Below, one piece after another: positions 1 to 8,070 of a stretch of 32,000 bases of DNA (position 1 is its first letter; every line of letters begins with the position of its first letter). Location: positions 780,001 through 812,000 of the forward strand of contig OY843585.1 in assembly GCA_963692945.1 (NCBI GenBank). Direction: 5' to 3'. The notes beneath the pieces are model-generated. The model did not search any database, had not been told where the DNA came from, and saw only the letters and a program-made list of their open reading frames with translations. Source of the stretch: Bdellovibrionales bacterium. Its GTDB lineage: Bacteria > Bdellovibrionota > Bdellovibrionia > Bdellovibrionales > UBA1609. A program made the translations under genes and the position numbers.

Positions 1-249
1 ACTTTTTATATCTACACTTATTTTGCAGACCTTGACCCTGACCCAAATGTCTCAGATACCAAATTAAAGTTTAAAGGGTATCAAGGAGCCAATTTTAATT
101 TGTCTTATATGGTATGGGCTAAACATCATCTTAGGGGTTTTATGGGATGGAGTATCAATGTCCCTATCATTTCTCCTATTTTAACAGGTTTCCCTATTTT
201 TAAGAAAAGATATTGGGTGTATAATCTTGGTCTAAGTTGGGCTATTTAA
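1..249 (+). CDS. C-terminal fragment of a hypothetical protein (possibly an outer-membrane beta-barrel); the 5' end lies outside the window
   Basis: Frame 1 is open from base 1 to TAA at 247-249 (..KFKGYQGANFNLSYMVWAKHHLRGFMGWSINVP..YWVYNLGLSWAI*). It is aromatic-rich with an alternating hydrophobic pattern near the C-terminus. No family was recognised. Confidence 0.4.
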   Translation, partial: TFYIYTYFADLDPDPNVSDTKLKFKGYQGANFNLSYMVWAKHHLRGFMGWSINVPIISPILTGFPIFKKRYWVYNLGLSWAI

Positions 250-366
250 GTCATTTACTTGATAAGGTGGTTGTTTATCTTCAATGCCTTTAAGAAAAAA
301 CTTGCTTAGTGGTTTTTAACTTCAAAAAATTCATTTTTTTATATAAACTTCTCCTGAAAGAATATT

Positions 367-1446
367 ATGGTTTTTAAGTTTTTAGAAAAAGAAGTTTTAC
401 CTCATGAACAGGTGGTGTTTTGCAATGATTATAAGACAGGATTAAAAGCTATCATTGCTATTCACAATACAACTTTAGGGATGTCTTTAGGTGGTTGCCG
501 AATGTATCCTTATAAGACAGAGGAAGAGGCTTTAAAGGACGTTTTAAATTTATCTAGAGCTATGAGTTATAAATCGGCTTGTGCAGGGTTAAAAATTGGT
601 GGTGGAAAATCAGTTATTATTGGTGACCCTGAAAAAGATAAAACTCCTGAACTTTTACGCTCCTTAGGTAAGTATGTCGAATCTCTTTCTGGTAAATACA
701 CTATTGCTAAAGATGTAGGTATTACAGGAGAGGATTTGAAATACATCGGAGAGAAAACTTCTTATGTTGTTGGAAAACCTAAAAAAGAGGGTGGAGCTGG
801 TAGTCCTAGTTACTTTACAGCCAAAGGGGTATTCCTTAGTCTTAAATTGGGAGTGAAGCTAAGGCTTAAAAAAGATTCTTTAAAAAATATAAAGGTTGTT
901 ATTCAAGGTGTTGGTTCTGTAGGAAGAGAATTGATGAAGTTGCTTCTTGAAGAAAAAGCTGATGTTTTTATTTTTGATGTGAGAGATGAAGTTCTAAAAA
1001 AAATGGCTGATAAATATCCTTCTGTTCATATCTTATCTTCAGACAAAGTCTTTACAACGTCTTGTGATGTTTTTGCACCTTGTGCTTTAGGTGGAGTTAT
1101 TAACGATGAGAGCTTGAAAACATTAGATTGTGCTTTAATTGCAGGAGGAGCCAATAACCAATTAAAATATCCTGAAATATCTAAAAAGCTTGCTGATAAA
1201 AACATTCTCTATTTTCCTGATTTTATCATTAACAGTGGAGGAATTATCCACGCTTATTCTTTTTTTAAATTTTCAAAACCAACTCATTGGGCTGAAGAAA
1301 AACTCAAAGAGATACCAGATACATTAATGTCTATATATAAATCATCTCTAAGTCAGAATATTTCTATTACAGAAGCGGCCTACCAGTTAGCAATGGAAAG
1401 AATGACTAATACCAGTTGTTCTGAAGAAGAAAAATTGGTTTTATAA
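367..1446 (+). CDS. ldh: Leucine dehydrogenase (Glu/Leu/Phe/Val dehydrogenase family)
   Basis: The N-terminus aligns by eye with Bacillus LeuDH (EQVVFCNDYKTGLKAIIAIHNTTLG..LGGCRMYPY). It has the catalytic-Lys motif LKIGGGKSVIIGDP and the Rossmann motif IQGVGSVG. The 359-aa length is typical. Confidence 0.9.
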   Translation: MVFKFLEKEVLPHEQVVFCNDYKTGLKAIIAIHNTTLGMSLGGCRMYPYKTEEEALKDVLNLSRAMSYKSACAGLKIGGGKSVIIGDPEKDKTPELLRSLGKYVESLSGKYTIAKDVGITGEDLKYIGEKTSYVVGKPKKEGGAGSPSYFTAKGVFLSLKLGVKLRLKKDSLKNIKVVIQGVGSVGRELMKLLLEEKADVFIFDVRDEVLKKMADKYPSVHILSSDKVFTTSCDVFAPCALGGVINDESLKTLDCALIAGGANNQLKYPEISKKLADKNILYFPDFIINSGGIIHAYSFFKFSKPTHWAEEKLKEIPDTLMSIYKSSLSQNISITEAAYQLAMERMTNTSCSEEEKLVL

Positions 1447-1456
1447 GTTATTGGTT

Positions 1457-2218
1457 ATGGACAGCGACACTCAAAAAAAGAAGATTACAATTCAATCTAT
1501 CAATTCATGGATTTACCAGAATTTTAAATTCCTATTGATTGTTGTTGGCATTTGTTTATTTTGTTTGATTGCTGGAGGTGTTTTTTTAGAATGGCAAAGT
1601 AGCCATATCAAAAAAGTATATGGTGAACTTTATAAAATACAACGAAAACTACAAGTGGCTGGAGAAAAAGCCAATGGGAAGAATTATAGAAAACAAAATA
1701 AGGACATATCTTCTTTTTTAAACAAAGCAAAAGATAAAAAATCTTTTGTTTATTCAGAGGATATGAAGTCTTTATCTCAGAAGTATGAAGAGATTCTTAA
1801 AAATTATAAAGGTCAAAAGGTAGGTGCTGTTTTTGCTATTGATCTTGCAGACTTTTTTTATTTGAATGGTGAAAAGGAGCGAGCTCTATCTTTACTATCT
1901 CTATTTACTTTCCCTAAAAAAAAATCTTCTATTTATCATTTAGTTTCTTTTCAGTTGGCCAATTATTATATGGATGAAAAGAATTGTGAGAAAGCTTTAG
2001 CTATCTGGAAACCCCTAAGAACTAATAAAACGGCTGTTTCTTTTCATAAAAATGCTCACCTTCAATCTGCCCTATGCCATGAACAAATGAAAAATTATGC
2101 AGAAGCTAAAAAACTATACACAAAAATTATAAAAAATAGTTTTAATGAATTGGATAAAAAAAAGTTCCAAGAATACATATATCTTTTAACCCTTAAACAA
2201 AAATTAGAGAATAAGTGA
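1457..2218 (+). CDS. YfgM-like membrane-anchored TPR-like protein
   Basis: There is a single N-terminal TM helix (FKFLLIVVGICLFCLIAGGVFL) and a helical-repeat C-terminal part. The gene sits immediately upstream of, and overlaps, the BamB-like gene, as yfgM-bamB does in E. coli. The track start at 1451 is TTG; ATG at 1457 is preferred. Confidence 0.55.
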   Translation: MDSDTQKKKITIQSINSWIYQNFKFLLIVVGICLFCLIAGGVFLEWQSSHIKKVYGELYKIQRKLQVAGEKANGKNYRKQNKDISSFLNKAKDKKSFVYSEDMKSLSQKYEEILKNYKGQKVGAVFAIDLADFFYLNGEKERALSLLSLFTFPKKKSSIYHLVSFQLANYYMDEKNCEKALAIWKPLRTNKTAVSFHKNAHLQSALCHEQMKNYAEAKKLYTKIIKNSFNELDKKKFQEYIYLLTLKQKLENK

Positions 2219-3330
2219 TGTTATTTCTTGTATTGATCTTTTTAGTTTTTCCTCCTTCGGTATTTTCTTTTACAGAGAATCAATTTTCTGAGCAACGGCA
2301 AGAAAAAACTTCTTTAAATATACAGCACTTATGGTCTGTTGATACGATTAAAAAATCTTTTTTACGACCGGCTTTAGTTCATAATGGTTCAGCTCTTTTA
2401 ACAGATCAATTGGTGATACAGGGAAATGGCTTTAATGGTATTAAAGCTTTTTCAAAAGACAAAGGTCATTTGGTTTGGAGTTTTCCTATTCAAGGAGGTG
2501 TTTTTAGTTCCTTAGAGAGATATAAAAACAGACTGTACTTTGGAGCTAGTGATGGTTTTTTCTATAGTCTTGAATTGAATACGGGGAAATTAGTTTGGAA
2601 GTTTTTTACAGGTTCTGAAAATATAGGATCTGCTCTTATTCATAAAAATAGAATTTACTGGACGGCCATCAATCAAAAGTTATATGCCCTGTCTTTAAAA
2701 GGTTCTCTGATTTGGGTTTATGCAGGACCTTCTTTAACAAGAGATATTATTTTAAGAGGACGACCTCGCCCCGCTGTTTATAAAAATTTTATTTATATGG
2801 GATTTTATGATGGAAGTCTTGTGGCTCTTAATAAAAACAGTGGAAAAGTAAAATGGAAAAGAGTTTTGTCTTCTAAACAATCTATTTATGGGGATTTATC
2901 TATAAAGAAATCTTGTCTTTTAGCTTCTGTTTTTAGGACAGGTCTATTTTGTTTAAATCTTTGGAATGGAAGAAAAAAATGGCAAAGCAAAGGGGATGTT
3001 TTTATCTTCCCTAAAGGATCCTTATTTTATCAAGTGTCTGACAATCATATTTTTGCTGTGAAAAAAACAAATCGTAAAAGATTATGGAGTGTCACATTAA
3101 AATCTCGCCCTATAAATCCTTCTGTTTATAAAAACTATCTTATTTATGGTTCTTCATCAGACAGTCGTATCTATATAGTTCATAAATCAACAGGTCAGCC
3201 ATTAGCCAATTTTAAATTTGGCCGAGGCTTATCATCTCCTGTTACTGTTGATAAGCAAACAGGGGATTTGTATTTTCTATCTGTGAATGCCTATCTTCAT
3301 AAAATTCGGTTATCTTCTCAGTCTTTTTAA
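2215..3330 (+). CDS. bamB: PQQ-like beta-propeller protein, BamB-like outer membrane assembly factor
   Basis: It has an N-terminal signal peptide and a recurring G-x-L/V-W-x-F/Y blade motif (GHLVWSF, GKLVWKF, GSLIWVY, GKVKWKR, GRKKWQS, KRLWSV). Synteny with the yfgM-like gene supports the call. The start overlaps the upstream stop (GTG 2215 or ATG 2218). Confidence 0.7.
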   Translation: MMLFLVLIFLVFPPSVFSFTENQFSEQRQEKTSLNIQHLWSVDTIKKSFLRPALVHNGSALLTDQLVIQGNGFNGIKAFSKDKGHLVWSFPIQGGVFSSLERYKNRLYFGASDGFFYSLELNTGKLVWKFFTGSENIGSALIHKNRIYWTAINQKLYALSLKGSLIWVYAGPSLTRDIILRGRPRPAVYKNFIYMGFYDGSLVALNKNSGKVKWKRVLSSKQSIYGDLSIKKSCLLASVFRTGLFCLNLWNGRKKWQSKGDVFIFPKGSLFYQVSDNHIFAVKKTNRKRLWSVTLKSRPINPSVYKNYLIYGSSSDSRIYIVHKSTGQPLANFKFGRGLSSPVTVDKQTGDLYFLSVNAYLHKIRLSSQSF

Positions 3331-3346
3331 TCAAACAGATTTGTAT

Positions 3347-3766
3347 TTAAACAGAGAGATAAACATGATTCCATAAAGTGGCTAGACCTAGAATTACAAG
3401 TGCTGAACTGTAACCTAGATGCATCCATTTACTTAACAAAATGTTTTTCATGTTTTTAACTGTTGGTTTTAAAAATTTTCTGAAGCTCAGCCATAAGAAA
3501 CATTTAATAACTAATGCCCATCCTATAATAGTGGTGATGAGAGATAGCCCTACATACCAGTCGTTATGAACCGAAATAATGATGGCCCCAAGTATTAGAA
3601 ACATAGTGGTTACTAAATAACTTATGGTTTCATGAGTTTCTTCATCAGATAGGAATAAATGGATATGGGATTTTAAAATGTTTTTATTGAAGAGTGAGCT
3701 AACTCCCCAGAGTGTGAACCCTATACCTAAAACAAGCTCTACAAGTGAATAATGATCTGTTATCAT
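3347..3766 (-). CDS. Small integral membrane protein (about 4 TM helices), function unknown
   Basis: A 139-aa hydrophobic ORF. A strong SD (AAGGAGG) lies 5 nt upstream of the ATG at 3766 on the minus strand. Confidence 0.65.
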   Translation of the reverse strand: MITDHYSLVELVLGIGFTLWGVSSLFNKNILKSHIHLFLSDEETHETISYLVTTMFLILGAIIISVHNDWYVGLSLITTIIGWALVIKCFLWLSFRKFLKPTVKNMKNILLSKWMHLGYSSALVILGLATLWNHVYLSV

Positions 3767-3802
3767 GGATGCCTCCTTTTTTGTGACTACTTATACTATG
3801 CC

Positions 3803-4480
3803 CTAACATTGAAAAAAATGACAAGTTTCAATAGCAAAATCTCCTAAACGGCCATTATAACCTGGGTTTTGCCCGTCATAACGTTGATAATTGTGGAATG
3901 TTATGTGTCCAATAAAAAGTCTTTTTCCGTCGCTGCGAGTTGCAAGTTGACCATTCATCTTCACTTCTCCTTTGGAATCTTCAAAGGTCAATACGATTTG
4001 TTGTCCATCTATAGAACCATAAGTGTATCTAAAAGGAATAGGGGCTATATTAGGTTTATTGGGTGAAAAAGTTTCAAAATGGAATCTTATATAAGAACCT
4101 TCAGGGTTTATAATTATGTCTAGATTGTTTTCTGTAGTTACAATGGGTTTATTGGTTCTGATGTGTCCATCAAAAAACACTCCTCCACTTATACTTTTTG
4201 TGCAAGCATGGCTTCCAACTTGATTAGGGTTGATCGTTGTAGATAAAAATTTTCTAAGGTTTATATTAAATTGATTCATCTCGGCTTGTGTTTGACATTT
4301 AACAACACCAATTTTTTGTCCAGTAGCTGGTGGAGTAGGGATAGAGGTCGTGGGAGTCGTACCAATTAAAATAGGGTGTGTTCTTTTTTGTGGGGGAGTC
4401 GTACCACCTCCTAAAATAGGAGGTAACAGTCCTTTACAGGAAAAGAGAAACAGGGAGAAAAAAAGAATGAAAAATTTCAT
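3803..4480 (-). CDS. Putative lipoprotein with a Pro/Thr-rich linker, function unknown
   Basis: MKFFILFFSLFLFSC is a short lipoprotein-type signal with a Cys. It is followed by the low-complexity stretch GGGTTPPQKRTHPILIGTTPTTSIPTPPATG. The track start at 4528 adds 16 residues; the internal ATG at 4480 gives a canonical signal peptide. Confidence 0.6.
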   Translation of the reverse strand: MKFFILFFSLFLFSCKGLLPPILGGGTTPPQKRTHPILIGTTPTTSIPTPPATGQKIGVVKCQTQAEMNQFNINLRKFLSTTINPNQVGSHACTKSISGGVFFDGHIRTNKPIVTTENNLDIIINPEGSYIRFHFETFSPNKPNIAPIPFRYTYGSIDGQQIVLTFEDSKGEVKMNGQLATRSDGKRLFIGHITFHNYQRYDGQNPGYNGRLGDFAIETCHFFQC

Positions 4481-4600
4481 ACTTAATAGTAACCAATTTT
4501 TTTTTAAAGATAAAATAAGCTGTAGCATATCCTAACTTCTAGTTAGGAAAACTATACTATTGTCTAAGATGGAAGGAGATTTTTTTTAATTCTTAAGTTT

Positions 4601-6676
4601 TTACAAATGAAAGTGAGGTTCAAAACGATCCCCCCATTTTTGACTGAATTCCTTAAGTGTTGAGTGGATTTTTTGTAGGCCTATCTGATTTGCATAGTGC
4701 ATAGGACCTCCTAAGAAAGGAGGAAAGCCTGTTCCAAACATCATCGCAATATCAATATCCTTTTCACTTTCTACAATGGATTCTTCTAAAAGTTTTCTTC
4801 CTTCATTGATCATACGGTAAATACCTCTCTTTATAATATCTTCAGATGTAGATAAGGTTTGTCTCTTTTGAAAAAAAGAGATTTTTTTATTGATAAGATA
4901 ATCTTCCCCTTCATAAATATAAAATCCTTTTTCTTCTTTTTTTCCTAAACCTAAGATTTCCTTTAATTTTTCACTACTTTGTGGGACATCTAACTGCAAA
5001 CCAGATTTTTGAAAAATAGATATAACATTTGTACAAATATCTAAACCGACTTCATCCATTAAACGGAAAGGTCCCATAGGCAGACCAAATTTATGAGTGT
5101 AATAATAATCCACTTCTTTAATATTATTTCCATCTTCTAAAAGCCAAAGAGCTTCTGTAAGATAAGGCATCAACATACGATTAACAATAAAGCCAGGGCT
5201 GTCTTTTACAATAACAGGTGTTTTACCTAGAGAGAGAGCCAATTCAAAAAGGCTGGCAAGAGACTCTTTATCACTTTGATCTGTTTTTATAATTTCAACG
5301 AGAGGCATTTTATAAACAGGATTGAAAAAATGCATACCTACAAAACGTTCAGGCCAAGGATAAGATTTGGCCAATTCAGAAATGGAAAGAGAAGAAGTGT
5401 TTGAGGCAAAAAGAGTTGACGAGTTTAAATGTTTAGCAGCTTGTGAAATAGCTTGTTCTTTAATCTTTTTATTTTCTGAAATGGCTTCAATCACTAAATC
5501 TGTATTAGAGAAACTCGAGTCATCTAATTTTCCAGAGAGTTGGAATTTTCTTTGATTCCATTGGTATTTTGTTAAGCGGCGATGTTTATATTGTTTTTTC
5601 CACAAGTTGTCGGCATATTTTAAAGCCTTAGAAATAGATTCTCCTTGAATGTCTTTCAAACGAGTGTTGTAGCCTTTGTCAGCACATAGATAAGCAATTC
5701 CACCTCCCATAACACCTGCACCTAAAACAGAAATTTGATGGATAGATTTAGTTTGAATAGATAATTTTTGTTTTTTGATTTGATTCATTAAAAAGAAAAT
5801 GCGAATTAGATTTTTACTTTCAGAAGTTACAGCCACTTCACAAAAAGCTTGAGTTTCTTTTTCTAAAGATTTTTCCAAGTGAGAAGAGCCATAAGTTGTT
5901 TGAAGGACTTTTAAGGCTTTTAAGGGAGCGGGGTAAAACCCTTTAGTTTCTTTTAAAATTTTTCGTTTCGCTATCAAAAAGAGGGGAATCTTTAGGATCT
6001 TTTCTAATAAAAAATCTTTTAGATTTTTTGGTTTGTATATTTGTGCTGGATGGGATTTCTTTTTTTTATTGAGAATTTCTTTCGCTAAATCTAAAGATCT
6101 CTCCTCTAATAGAGCAGAAGGGACAACTTCATGAACCAGAGATTTTTTTAAAGCCCATTTGGCTGGGTAGCTTTTTCCAGTTAAAATAATATCTAAAGAG
6201 GTTTTTAAACCCACAAGTCGGGGAAGACGAATGCAACCTCCAAATCCTGGTAGGAGACCCAACTTAACTTCAGGAAGTCCTATTTTGACTTGGGGGGAAT
6301 CGGCTGCCAATCGGTAATCAAAAGTTAATGCAAATTCTAAACCTCCTCCTAAACAAGCTCCATTGATAGCTGCAATTTTAGAGGCTTGTAGTTTTTCAAA
6401 ACGATTGAAAATAGAATGCGTTTTTTTAAGAATTTTTTTAAAGTCTTCTTTGTTATCTATGTTTTGAATATCTTTAATATCAGCACCTGCTATAAATACA
6501 GAAGGTTTTTTAGAGACAAGAACTAAAGCTTTTAGATCTTCTTTTTCTAAACGAGTTACAAGTTGAGAAAATTCTTCTAAAAGAGAAAGAGATAAAACAT
6601 TTGTGGAAGATGAAGGGTCATCCCATTCTATCCATCCTATATTTTGTTCTTTAATTGTAAAGTGAAGAGCAGACAT
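4601..6676 (-). CDS. fadJ: Fatty-acid oxidation complex alpha subunit (enoyl-CoA hydratase / 3-hydroxyacyl-CoA dehydrogenase), FadJ/FadB type
   Basis: The N-terminal region is a crotonase fold (FIAGADIKDI, GACLGGGLEFAL). The centre has the NAD Rossmann motif VLGAGVMGGGIA and a 3-HCDH region (HFFNPV). The ATG at 6676 (MSALHF..) lies 11 nt after the thiolase stop and is preceded by AGGAAAA. The track start at 6808 would overlap the thiolase by 121 nt. The thiolase-first gene order resembles fadIJ. Confidence 0.9.
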   Translation of the reverse strand: MSALHFTIKEQNIGWIEWDDPSSSTNVLSLSLLEEFSQLVTRLEKEDLKALVLVSKKPSVFIAGADIKDIQNIDNKEDFKKILKKTHSIFNRFEKLQASKIAAINGACLGGGLEFALTFDYRLAADSPQVKIGLPEVKLGLLPGFGGCIRLPRLVGLKTSLDIILTGKSYPAKWALKKSLVHEVVPSALLEERSLDLAKEILNKKKKSHPAQIYKPKNLKDFLLEKILKIPLFLIAKRKILKETKGFYPAPLKALKVLQTTYGSSHLEKSLEKETQAFCEVAVTSESKNLIRIFFLMNQIKKQKLSIQTKSIHQISVLGAGVMGGGIAYLCADKGYNTRLKDIQGESISKALKYADNLWKKQYKHRRLTKYQWNQRKFQLSGKLDDSSFSNTDLVIEAISENKKIKEQAISQAAKHLNSSTLFASNTSSLSISELAKSYPWPERFVGMHFFNPVYKMPLVEIIKTDQSDKESLASLFELALSLGKTPVIVKDSPGFIVNRMLMPYLTEALWLLEDGNNIKEVDYYYTHKFGLPMGPFRLMDEVGLDICTNVISIFQKSGLQLDVPQSSEKLKEILGLGKKEEKGFYIYEGEDYLINKKISFFQKRQTLSTSEDIIKRGIYRMINEGRKLLEESIVESEKDIDIAMMFGTGFPPFLGGPMHYANQIGLQKIHSTLKEFSQKWGDRFEPHFHL

Positions 6677-6687
6677 AGTATTTTCCT

Positions 6688-7980
6688 TCAAGATGCATTT
6701 TCCAATATAACAGCACCACCTTGTCCTCCTCCAATGCAGAGAGTGGCTAAACCAAATTGAATATTTCTTCTTTTCATTTCTAAAGCGAGTGTGAGGGCAA
6801 GGCGACATCCTGTTGCTCCAACAGGGTGTCCAATAGCAAGAGCTCCCCCATTGACATTTAAAATTTCAGGGTTGATTTCCCCTAGAGATTGATCTGTATT
6901 TAATTTATTTTGACAAAAAGTGTCTGAAGAAAAAGCTTTTAAACAAGCTAACACTTGAGCTGCAAAGGCTTCATTGATTTCAATAAGACCCATATCTTTT
7001 AAACTTAGATTGGCTTTTTTAAGAGCTTTGTGACTGGAGTAGACAGGGCCTAATCCCATTCTTTGAGGTTCTAACCCAGCGAATGCAACAGATCGTATGG
7101 AAACTAAAGGTTTCAAACCTAAGGCAAGAGCTTTTTCTTCCGACATGAGAACCAGCATAGCTGAACCGTCAGTGATAGGGCAGGAGTTACTTATAGTGAC
7201 GGTTCCATATTTTTTGTCAAAGTAAGGTTTCATTTTTCTCATACGATCTTTATTTAAATTGACCCTCGGTCCTGTATCTTTAGAGACCATTTGATAGGTA
7301 GAGCCTGCAAAAAGAGTGACTATCTCTTCTTGTAGTTTTTTTTCAGATTGAATCGCCTTTTCATGGCTACTTATTGCAAAATCATCTTGCTCTTCACGAC
7401 GAATATGAAAATCTCTTGCTAAAACTTCTGCTGTTTCTCCCATTAAAATTCCTGTGAAAGGATCTGTTAAAGCTTCCAAAAGAGCAATACGAGGTTTGAA
7501 ATCAGATAAACGAAGGGAGGTAAGAGTTTTTAATTTTTGACTGAGAGTTTTTGATGTCATTATTTTTGTCAAAATACGGGATAAAGAAGGACTGAACAGA
7601 AAAGGTATTTGAGACATGCTTTCCACTCCTCCTGCAATCACTGTATCCATCATATTTGCTTGTATTTTTGCTACTCCAACGGCTAAGCTTTCTAAAGATG
7701 AGGCACAATTCCTATGGACTGTTGAAGCGGAGATGCTTTGATCTAAACCTGCTTTTAAAGCCACAACACGAGCAATGTTAGCAGCATCAGGAAGATTTGC
7801 CACATTGCCTAGAATGATTTCGTCTATTTCTTTTTTTGGAAAATCTATTTTTAAAAGGAGTTCTTTTAAATTGTAAGTTCCTAAATCAGCAGGATGAATA
7901 TCTTTAAATTCTTTTCCTGCCTTCGTGAAAGGGGTTCTCACTCCTTGAACAATAACGACTTTTTTAGAGGGATAGGACAT
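6688..7980 (-). CDS. fadI: 3-ketoacyl-CoA thiolase (acetyl-CoA C-acyltransferase), FadI/FadA type
   Basis: It has the thiolase active-site Cys region (VHRNCASSLES) and the C-terminal signatures NVNGGALAIGHPVGATG and CIGGGQGGA. At 430 aa, it carries the long internal insertion typical of FadI (..LSQKLKTLTSLRLSDFKP..). Confidence 0.9.
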   Translation of the reverse strand: MSYPSKKVVIVQGVRTPFTKAGKEFKDIHPADLGTYNLKELLLKIDFPKKEIDEIILGNVANLPDAANIARVVALKAGLDQSISASTVHRNCASSLESLAVGVAKIQANMMDTVIAGGVESMSQIPFLFSPSLSRILTKIMTSKTLSQKLKTLTSLRLSDFKPRIALLEALTDPFTGILMGETAEVLARDFHIRREEQDDFAISSHEKAIQSEKKLQEEIVTLFAGSTYQMVSKDTGPRVNLNKDRMRKMKPYFDKKYGTVTISNSCPITDGSAMLVLMSEEKALALGLKPLVSIRSVAFAGLEPQRMGLGPVYSSHKALKKANLSLKDMGLIEINEAFAAQVLACLKAFSSDTFCQNKLNTDQSLGEINPEILNVNGGALAIGHPVGATGCRLALTLALEMKRRNIQFGLATLCIGGGQGGAVILENAS

Positions 7981-8070
7981 AGGGTTATTATTAAGGATGC
8001 CTCTATTTCACTTTTCTGTCAATATAGGTTATAAAGGGAATCATTTTGCATTCAAGAAAGAGATAGGAGT

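Noticed and set aside
3869-4535. Plus-strand ORFs 3869-4066 and 4350-4535.
   Set aside because: They lie entirely antisense within the better-supported lipoprotein gene. They have no SD and their composition mirrors the opposite-strand codons.
4531-4547. Hairpin CCTAAC-TTCTA-GTTAGG between fadJ and the lipoprotein gene, as a possible terminator.
   Set aside because: The 6-bp stem has no following T-run on the transcribed (minus) strand, so the evidence is insufficient.
5367-5555. Plus-strand 62-aa ORF inside fadJ.
   Set aside because: It is antisense to a strongly supported conserved gene and is a chance ORF.
6677-6808. The track start of the FadJ-like ORF at 6808 adds 44 N-terminal residues (MSPCPHTRFRNEKK..).
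   Set aside because: The extension overlaps the thiolase gene by 121 nt, is not crotonase-like, and is simply the thiolase 3' end read in another frame. The ATG at 6676 with AGGAAAA upstream fits operon spacing.
7502-7708. Minus-strand 68-aa ORF in an alternative frame of the thiolase gene.
   Set aside because: It is an out-of-frame overlap with a conserved thiolase and has no independent support.
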